A stretch of DNA of 32,000 nucleotides. Origin: Flavobacteriaceae bacterium. Lineage in GTDB: Bacteria; Bacteroidota; Bacteroidia; Flavobacteriales; Flavobacteriaceae. The translations under genes were made by a program, and so were the position numbers. Shown piece after piece: positions 22,519 through 28,621 of the stretch; position 1 is the stretch's first letter; each line of letters opens with the position of its first letter. Location: positions 4,980,001 through 5,012,000 of the forward strand of contig OZ245049.1 of the NCBI GenBank assembly GCA_965224465.1, in the 5' to 3' direction. Under the pieces are notes generated by a model. The model was not told where the DNA came from. It searched no databases and saw nothing but the letters and a program-made list of their open reading frames with translations.

Positions 22519-22588
22519 ATCCTTAGAGTTTTCGCCTAACTAAAACAAAAAATAATTCCATTTCTAAACCGTCACTTGGAAATGTATT
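22519..22588. repeat. intergenic repeat copy C (partial), abutting the first RHS cassette
   Basis: The segment atccttagagttttcgcctaactaaaacaaaaaataattccatttctaaaccgtcacttggaaatgtatt aligns with the 3' halves of copies A and B. Confidence 0.75.
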
Positions 22589-22595
22589 TTATAAG

Positions 22596-23786
22596 TTGCA
22601 AAAAACGATCATTGAAAAAAATACTCCAAATGCACTTACCCAATATGTAGGTAATTATGTGTGTAAGAATAATGAATTACAATTCTTTAATCATGCCGAA
22701 GGCTATGTAGAACCAGTCATTGCGAGCGGTAGCGCGGCAATCTCATTCTTTAACTATGTGTACCAGTACAAAGACCATTTAGGGAATATCAGACTGTCAT
22801 ACACAGATGCAGATGGGAATGGGACAATTAAACAGGATGAGATTATTGAAGAAAATAATTATTATCCCTTTGGACTTGAACATAAAGGATACAATAATGT
22901 TGTCAATGGTGCGGAAAACAACTACTACAATTATAACGGGAAAGAGCTTAACGAATCTTTAGGTTTGAATTTGTTAGAATATGAAGCGAGAAGTTATGAT
23001 CCAGCTATAGGAAGATGGACGAGTGTTGACCCGTTAGCTGATAAGTATTATAAATTTAGCCCTTATGTTTATGTTGGTAATAGTCCTACAATAGCAGTCG
23101 ACCCAGATGGAAAAAGAATACTATTTGTAAATGGATATTGGAATAGTTGGATTGGAGGTCTTATAGGTTCAAGTAATCTAGGTAAGAAATACTGGGGAAG
23201 TGGATTTACAAGTGCTGCTCAAAGATTTTTTGGAGATTATTCATCTGTTTCTGATTCTAATTATATTGATGGTTCTTCATCTTTTGGAGGAGATTCAAGT
23301 GGTGGCGGTAGAGAAAAAGATGGATATGCATATGCTAAAGCAAATTATACTACATTAACAGATGGTTTAGCAGAAGATGAAACCTTTAAACTTGTCACTC
23401 ATAGTGAAGGAGGTGCATATGGAGCAAGAGTTGCGAGATATCTAATAGAGAAAGGACATACCGTAGAAACCGTTCTACATTTATCTACAGATGAAGGAGA
23501 CGAATTCGAAACACCTGAAGAAGCAGATACTTATCAATTAAGTTATGGTGGAGATTGGGTAACTGGAAATAAAGAAATCAGTAAAGGTGTTGATATTATT
23601 GGTGTAGTTGATAAATATGAGAAGAAATCAGACAAAAATAAGTATGCTCACGGTTCTACTAAAGGTTCATCTGTGTTTAAGTCTGCCAAAGCTTTATTAA
23701 AAGCAGCAGCGTCAGGAGCGACAGGTGTTAATGTAACTGAAACAAAAAGTGGAATTAAATTTGAATTTATAAGAGATAATAATTAA
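22596..23786 (+). CDS. orphan RHS C-terminal fragment 1: RHS core plus alpha/beta-hydrolase (lipase/esterase-like) toxin domain
   Basis: The RHS core motifs YVYQYKDHLGNIRLSYTD, NNYYPFGL, RSYDPAIGRWTSVDPLA and the cleavage-type VDPDGK (23100..23114) are present. Downstream lie ILFVNG, the nucleophile elbow VTHSEGGAYG (Ser codon 23403..23405) and AHGS. The only start is a TTG, and the fragment lacks the upstream YD repeats, so it may not be translated. Confidence 0.75.
   Translation: MQKTIIEKNTPNALTQYVGNYVCKNNELQFFNHAEGYVEPVIASGSAAISFFNYVYQYKDHLGNIRLSYTDADGNGTIKQDEIIEENNYYPFGLEHKGYNNVVNGAENNYYNYNGKELNESLGLNLLEYEARSYDPAIGRWTSVDPLADKYYKFSPYVYVGNSPTIAVDPDGKRILFVNGYWNSWIGGLIGSSNLGKKYWGSGFTSAAQRFFGDYSSVSDSNYIDGSSSFGGDSSGGGREKDGYAYAKANYTTLTDGLAEDETFKLVTHSEGGAYGARVARYLIEKGHTVETVLHLSTDEGDEFETPEEADTYQLSYGGDWVTGNKEISKGVDIIGVVDKYEKKSDKNKYAHGSTKGSSVFKSAKALLKAAASGATGVNVTETKSGIKFEFIRDNN
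22638..22915 (+). repeat. conserved cassette block, copy 1 (3' half only)
   Basis: It aligns from TQYVGNY onward. Together with cassette 3 it shares the extension NVVNGAE beyond KHKGYN. Confidence 0.85.
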
Positions 23787-23790
23787 AAAG

Positions 23791-24105
23791 ATGACTAATA
23801 TTAGTAAAAACACTTATTTAACGGTTAATATTATACTGGTACTATTAGGTGCATATATTGTGTATTTTATATCCAATTTTTGGATTGGTAGCCAAGACCA
23901 ACACGAGATGGTTATTGACAACTCGGGAGTATCTTTTTTCTTTAAGAAGTTTGTTCTTAATTTAGCGGTAATAGCTCTTATAATAGGCTTTATGGCTATA
24001 GTTAATAAATTGCTTAAAAATAATAATATAAAAAAGACTTTATTATATAGTACTATTCTACTTATTGTATTGTCAATAGTAGCAATATCTTTTTCAATGA
24101 GTTAA
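23791..24105 (+). CDS. small 3-TM membrane protein, candidate immunity protein for cassette 1
   Basis: It is 104 aa with three hydrophobic helices. It starts 4 nt after the toxin stop and is followed by a strong terminator. Confidence 0.55.
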   Translation: MTNISKNTYLTVNIILVLLGAYIVYFISNFWIGSQDQHEMVIDNSGVSFFFKKFVLNLAVIALIIGFMAIVNKLLKNNNIKKTLLYSTILLIVLSIVAISFSMS

Positions 24106-24127
24106 TGTTTAAAATAATATTTATAAT

Positions 24128-24156
24128 AAAAAGCCACTCTTCGGAGTGGTTTTTTT
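24128..24156 (+). terminator. rho-independent terminator after immunity gene 1
   Basis: The hairpin is gccactc ttcg gagtggt, followed by a T7 run. Confidence 0.8.
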
Positions 24157-24210
24157 ATGCTCTAAAGTAAAGCTATATTTTTATCAAAAAAATCTTTAAA
24201 CTTCATATTG

Positions 24211-24352
24211 GTAAGCCCCTGATGCCGCGCGAGTAACCGCAGCGCTACTGCGAGATTGTGTCTCGTGGCGTCAACGTTAAGACCCGAACGCGCGGACATG
24301 TCACCAACGTGATAGCGCGAGATTTGTAATCCGTGCCCTGCATGAGTAAGCC
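24211..24352. repeat. GC-rich junction modules, junction 1 (Y unit with an X unit nested in it)
   Basis: A GC-rich island of about 140 bp sits in an AT-rich background. The Y unit (gagtaaccgcagcgctactgcgagattgtgtctcgtggcgtcaacgttaag) and the X unit (cgcgcggacatgtcaccaacgtgatagcgcgagatttgtaatccgtgccc) both recur at 28622..28780. Confidence 0.8.
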
Positions 24353-24420
24353 ATACAATAGGTATAAAAGCAACCATTAAACGGATTTGTAATCGTTCTT
24401 TTAGGGAACAGTTTAATTCA

Positions 24421-24975
24421 AAAACCAAGGCAGCCATGTTGTGGTTTTTTACATGCTGGCTACACATACATTTCCCTCCTCCTCCTTGTCAAAACCTACG
24501 GATTCAAAAACGGCACAAATACAGGGGGCGAATACCTACGACAAAAACGGAAACATAATCTCCGATGCCAATAAAGGGATTAGCGCCATAACCTACAATT
24601 ATTTAAGCCTACCCGTCAAAGTAGTTTTTGGAACTAACCGTTTTATTGATTATATTTACGATGCCTCAGGTGTAAAACAACAAAAAGTAGTAACTGAGGG
24701 AAGTTCTTTAACAACCACGCAATACGTAGGTAATTATATTTATGAGAATAACAACCTTCAATTCTTTAATCATGCAGAGGGCTATGTAGAACCAGTCATT
24801 GCGAGCGGTAGCGCGGCAATCTCATCCTTTAACTATGTGTACCAATACAAAGATCATTTAGGTAATATTCGACTGTCATACACAGATGCAGATGGGAATG
24901 GGACAATTAAACAGGATGAGATTATTGAAGAAAATAATTATTATCCCTTTGGACTGAAACATAAAGGGTATAATA
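24421..24975 (+). repeat. conserved cassette block, copy 2
   Basis: It is a near-identical direct repeat of 26766..27375, 28768..29350 and 30902..31497. Its 3' half also matches 22638..22915. Confidence 0.9.
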
Positions 24976-25169
24976 ACGGAATAAGCTCTTTGGGTAACTC
25001 GGTTGCGCAACGCTATAAGTTTGGAGGAAAGGAATATGATGAGAGTTTTGATGGTACTTTAAATACCTATGATTTTGGAGCTAGGAATTATGATCCTGCA
25101 ATTGGTAGGTGGATGAATATTGACCCACTGGCTGACCAAATGCGTAGACACTCTCCGTATAATTATGCT
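24441..25169 (+). pseudogene. orphan RHS C-terminal fragment 2, truncated by IS insertion
   Basis: The YD repeats and RHS core (YDKNGNIISDANKG ... YQYKDHLGNIRLSY ... NYDPAIGRWMNIDPLA ... SPYNYA) run straight into the IS left end at 25170. The ATG conserved in the other cassettes is ATA here (24555..24557). No DPxG motif or toxin domain remains. Confidence 0.85.
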
Positions 25170-26437
25170 GGTTCTACCACGAATGTTGTGGAATTAGTAT
25201 CTTTACCTCAAAAAGATGTTTTCAACAAAACTGTTTGAGTTACTATTAAATTTAGGAACAGATTGGAAGGTTTGTGATGTAAAAGTTAATTATCTAGATT
25301 CAGAAATAGACATATTTATAGACTATATACCAACTAAAGCATCTTGTCCAGACACAGAAGAGTTGTGTAGTATTTATGATCATAGAAGCACTCGTAGATG
25401 GCGTCATTTAGACACCTTACAATTCAAAACCTACATTAATTGTAAAGTCCCAAGAGTTAAGTCAACTAAAGGCGTTAAAACGATAACGGTACCATGGGCT
25501 AGTAATTTTTATCGTCATACTTATCTATTTGAAAGGCTAACTATAGACTTATTGAAAGCAACAAAAAATCAAAGTCAAACGGCTAAACTATTACGTTGTG
25601 GCTTTAATATTGTAAACCGAATCATACATACTTCTGTAAAAAGAGGGCTTTCTAAGAGGTCAGAAAACCAAAAATTTTCTCATCTAAGTATTGATGAAAA
25701 AGCTTTCAAAAAGGGGCATAACTATGTGACTGTAGTTAGTGATCCGAGTACAGGAATTGTAATTGATGTTGCAGAAGGCAGGACTAAAAAAGAGACTAAA
25801 ATTTTACTTAAAAAGATTGTAAATGAGATAAATAGAGATGAAGTAGAGACCGTTTCTATTGACATGTGGAAAGCCTATTTATCATCAGTAAAAGAAGTTT
25901 TTCCAAATGCGAAAGTTGTCCATGATCGATTTCACTTAGTAAAGTACTTAAATGATGCTATAGATAAAGTTCGCAGACGTGAAGTGAAAAAAGAAGAAGG
26001 TCTTAAAAATAGTAGATTTGTATTGCTTAAAAATAAAGAAAACTTAACGGATAAACAAAGAGTATTATTTGACAAAATACAAGAAGCAAATTATCAAGCA
26101 AGTAAAGCATGGTTAGCTAAAGAAAATTTTAAAAATATATTTAGAAGCCCATCTTTGAAAGTTGCTTTAGGTCTTTTTATCAAATGGGGAGCAAGTGTTT
26201 TGGAAACAAAAATTAAAGAAATTATAAAGGTTGCTAAGATGTTTAATAACCATATAGAAGGGGTGTGTAATGCAATGATTGAGACTGCTTCTAATGCAAT
26301 GGCAGAAAGACTAAATGGTAAAATACAAGAAATAAAATCTATCGGTAAAGGTTACAGAACTTTCGCTAATTTTAGAAGTGCAATACTATTTTTTAATGGA
26401 GGTTTAGATTTGTACCCACACAAATCGTGGTAGAACC
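25170..26437 (+). mobile_element. ISL3-family insertion sequence (~1.27 kb)
   Basis: The terminal inverted repeats are GGTTCTACCACGAATGTTGTGG (25170..25191) and the reverse complement of 26416..26437, GGTTCTACCACGATTTGTGTGG (19/22 identical). They enclose a single transposase ORF. Confidence 0.88.
25216..26433 (+). CDS. ISL3-family DDE transposase
   Basis: The motifs IDEKAFKKGHNYVTVVSD, SIDMWKAYLSSVKEVFPNAKVVHDRFHLVKYLNDAIDKVRRRE and AERLNGKIQEIKSIGKGYRTFANFRSAILFFNG are typical ISL3 transposase blocks. The protein is 405 aa. Confidence 0.88.
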   Translation: MFSTKLFELLLNLGTDWKVCDVKVNYLDSEIDIFIDYIPTKASCPDTEELCSIYDHRSTRRWRHLDTLQFKTYINCKVPRVKSTKGVKTITVPWASNFYRHTYLFERLTIDLLKATKNQSQTAKLLRCGFNIVNRIIHTSVKRGLSKRSENQKFSHLSIDEKAFKKGHNYVTVVSDPSTGIVIDVAEGRTKKETKILLKKIVNEINRDEVETVSIDMWKAYLSSVKEVFPNAKVVHDRFHLVKYLNDAIDKVRRREVKKEEGLKNSRFVLLKNKENLTDKQRVLFDKIQEANYQASKAWLAKENFKNIFRSPSLKVALGLFIKWGASVLETKIKEIIKVAKMFNNHIEGVCNAMIETASNAMAERLNGKIQEIKSIGKGYRTFANFRSAILFFNGGLDLYPHKSW

Positions 26438-26723
26438 TTATTACATTGTTAAATATGGGGTTCATAAATCAGAATTAACCCCACATATAGATTCTATTGC
26501 TTTACGGTTAAATTATAAAAAATACGGAAAAGAAAATGTGTTTTTTAATCCTAATTCAAAAAAGTTAGAAGTAATAGAAAAGAAATTTGAAATATTATAT
26601 TTAGATAAAGATAGGGTTTGGAAAATAGTTAATTATTCATCCGACATGAAATATCTTAACAGGTATTTTGGAAAAGGGTTTTCTGAGTGTATTAAATCAA
26701 ACCCTCCACTGCTGCAAGAATAA
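26438..26723 (+). pseudogene. 5'-truncated ORF remnant downstream of the IS (possibly the tail of the lost cassette-2 immunity gene)
   Basis: The listed ORF 26427..26723 starts at a GTG inside the IS right inverted repeat. The first internal ATG is near its 3' end. The stop lies inside the GC-rich junction module. Confidence 0.4.
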
Positions 26724-26780
26724 CCACCATCGCTACCGCGATATTCTATCTCGTGGCGTCAACGTTAAGCCACGCAGCAA
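26702..26780. repeat. GC-rich junction module, junction 2 (single Y unit)
   Basis: The unit aataaccaccatcgctaccgcgatattctatctcgtggcgtcaacgttaagccacgcagc is homologous to the Y units of junctions 1, 3 and 4. Confidence 0.8.
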
Positions 26781-27375
26781 TTAAAACTACTAAAACCACA
26801 GCAGAAATGTTGTGGTTTTTACATGTTGGCTACACATACATTTCCCTCCTCCTTCCTCTCCTCCTTGTCAAAACCTACGGCTTTAAAGACGGCACAAATA
26901 CAGGCAACGACTATACCTACGACAAAAACGGAAACATGATCTCCGATGCCAATAAAGGGATTAGCGCCATAACCTACAATTATTTAAACCTACCCATCAA
27001 AGTAAGTTTTGGAACTAACCGTTTTATTGATTATATTTACGATGCCTCAGGAGTAAAACAACAAAAAGTAGTAACTGAGGGAAGTTCTTTAACAACCACG
27101 CAATACGCAGGTAATTATATTTATGAGAATAACAACCTTCAATTCTTTAATCATGCAGAGGGCTATGTAGAACCAGTCATTGCGAGCGGTAGCGCGGCAA
27201 TCTCATCCTTTAACTATGTGTACCAATACAAAGATCATTTAGGTAATATTCGACTGTCATACACAGATGCAGATGGGAATGGGACAATTAAACAGGATGA
27301 GATTATTGAAGAAAATAATTATTATCCCTTTGGACTTAAACATAAAGGGTACAATAATGTCGTGAATGGTGCGGA
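26766..27375 (+). repeat. conserved cassette block, copy 3
   Basis: It is a direct repeat of the other cassette blocks, and the differences are mostly third-codon-position changes. Confidence 0.9.
26796..26820 (+). terminator. terminator-like hairpin plus T-run inside junction 2
   Basis: The hairpin ccacagca gaaa tgttgtgg (8 bp, one G.T pair) is followed by T5. The same element occurs at 28798..28823 and 30931..30956. Confidence 0.6.
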
Positions 27376-28258
27376 AAGTAAGTACAAATACCACGGAAAA
27401 GAGCATCAAGAAGAATTAGGTTTAAATTGGTACGATTATGGAGCAAGGAATTACCAACCTGATATTGGAAGATGGTTTAATCCAGATCCTTTAAGTGATG
27501 AGTTTCCAGAATGGTCACCTTATAACTTTGTTAAAAATAATCCTTCTTTTTATATCGACCCAACAGGATTAGCACCTGAAACTATTTATGAAGATATAAA
27601 TAGTGGAGAAACAGTTGAAGTAGATGATGGTATTGACAAGACTATAAAAGTTAATAGTTCTAATTTTCAGAAAGCGAAATCTTTTGCTAATGAAATCAAT
27701 TCCAATCCAGATGCAAATGGTATGACATCTATTGGTGTTAGTAGAGATGTAGCTGATGGATATAATGAGTTTTATAATAGTGTTAACTCTTATGATGGTT
27801 TTAGTTTATCAAACTTATATGATTATGCTTTTGTCCAACCTGAACTAACTGTTACAGGAGAAGTTACAGGTTCAGCAGGTGCTTTAGAATATGTTTCTGT
27901 TGGTGTAGGTGGTTTTATCTTAAAAAGTTTAGGAAATAACCTTGCAAGAAATAGTTCAAAAATATTGAATTTCACTTCGAAACAATTACAAGCTAAATTT
28001 AAACATGCAGTAGATTTTGGTGTAAAAGGAAGTTGGAATAAAGGAGCAGGTAGTAAATTTAGTTCAGTTATTAACCAACATATTAATTCTTCGAGTGTTC
28101 AAATTATACAAGGAACTTATAGAGGTAATCCTGCAGTTCATTATTTAAATTCGAAATCTGGATTAAATGTAATTGCAAATCCAAATGGAACTTTTGTTAG
28201 TGGGTGGAAACTTAATTCTAAACAATTAGAAAATGTAATTAAGCATGGAGGATTATAA
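26936..28258 (+). CDS. orphan RHS C-terminal fragment 3: YD repeats plus RHS core plus colicin-D-like (tRNase-type) toxin domain
   Basis: It starts at the conserved ATG (MISDANKG), and the frame is also open upstream to 26753. The RHS core ends at IDPTGL (27557..27571). The C-terminal ~110 aa (QLQAKFKHAVDFGVKG ... IQGTYRGNPAVHYLNSKSGLNVIANPNGTFVSGWKLNSKQL) resembles my recollection of the colicin D nuclease family. Confidence 0.8.
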   Translation: MISDANKGISAITYNYLNLPIKVSFGTNRFIDYIYDASGVKQQKVVTEGSSLTTTQYAGNYIYENNNLQFFNHAEGYVEPVIASGSAAISSFNYVYQYKDHLGNIRLSYTDADGNGTIKQDEIIEENNYYPFGLKHKGYNNVVNGAESKYKYHGKEHQEELGLNWYDYGARNYQPDIGRWFNPDPLSDEFPEWSPYNFVKNNPSFYIDPTGLAPETIYEDINSGETVEVDDGIDKTIKVNSSNFQKAKSFANEINSNPDANGMTSIGVSRDVADGYNEFYNSVNSYDGFSLSNLYDYAFVQPELTVTGEVTGSAGALEYVSVGVGGFILKSLGNNLARNSSKILNFTSKQLQAKFKHAVDFGVKGSWNKGAGSKFSSVINQHINSSSVQIIQGTYRGNPAVHYLNSKSGLNVIANPNGTFVSGWKLNSKQLENVIKHGGL

Positions 28259-28270
28259 AATGATTAAAAA

Positions 28271-28510
28271 ATGAAAGCAGAAAAAATTAAAAATAATATA
28301 TCAATTGAATTATCTAAAGAAGAAGCCATTGTTTTTCTAAATTGGTTATTTACATTCAATGAAAAAAAGCATCCTGATTTATTTCAAGACCAATCAGAAG
28401 AAAGGGTACTATGGGATATTGAAGCAACATTGGAAAAAGCTGTAGATGAAACTTTTAGCAATAATTATAACAATATATTATCAGAAGCAAGAAAAAAAGT
28501 AAGAGATTAA
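28271..28510 (+). CDS. small acidic protein, candidate immunity protein for cassette 3
   Basis: It is 79 aa, Glu/Asp-rich and has no signal peptide. It lies 12 nt after the toxin stop. The size and charge fit a cytoplasmic nuclease inhibitor. Confidence 0.55.
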   Translation: MKAEKIKNNISIELSKEEAIVFLNWLFTFNEKKHPDLFQDQSEERVLWDIEATLEKAVDETFSNNYNNILSEARKKVRD

Positions 28511-28621
28511 CTATTGCTTTTACCAGTTTTTTATTGTGCTGATTTTTGAGTTAAGTCAGCTTTAAAGACAAAAGTAAGTAAGTATTATAAAGCAGAACTT
28601 GACGCAATCAAGAAAATGAAA

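Noticed and set aside
24268-24282. Integron attC-like sites were considered, because GTTAAGC in the junction units (also 26764..26770) fits the GTTRRRY core and the single-gene cassettes suggest an integron or CALIN.
   Set aside because: I found no matching inverse core (RYYYAAC complementary to it). The GTT is not conserved in junctions 3 and 4 (agtaagcc). There is no integron integrase, and the cassettes share long coding homology, which is not how attC cassettes look.
24162-24467. Two minus-strand ORFs were listed, one of 101 aa here and a similar one of 65 aa at 28585..28782.
   Set aside because: Both are read-through translations of the GC-rich junction repeats (shared GHGLQI and DATR[HY]NL peptides in permuted order). 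They have no start context, no conservation of frame between copies, and they overlap the terminator-like hairpin.
26753-26935. An upstream extension of the cassette-3 ORF is possible, from a GTG start at 26753 or an ATG at 26807.
   Set aside because: The extension runs through the GC-rich unit, the terminator-like hairpin and the CCT tract. The same region is out of frame or closed in the other cassettes. I therefore annotated from the conserved ATG at 26936, but I cannot exclude the longer form.
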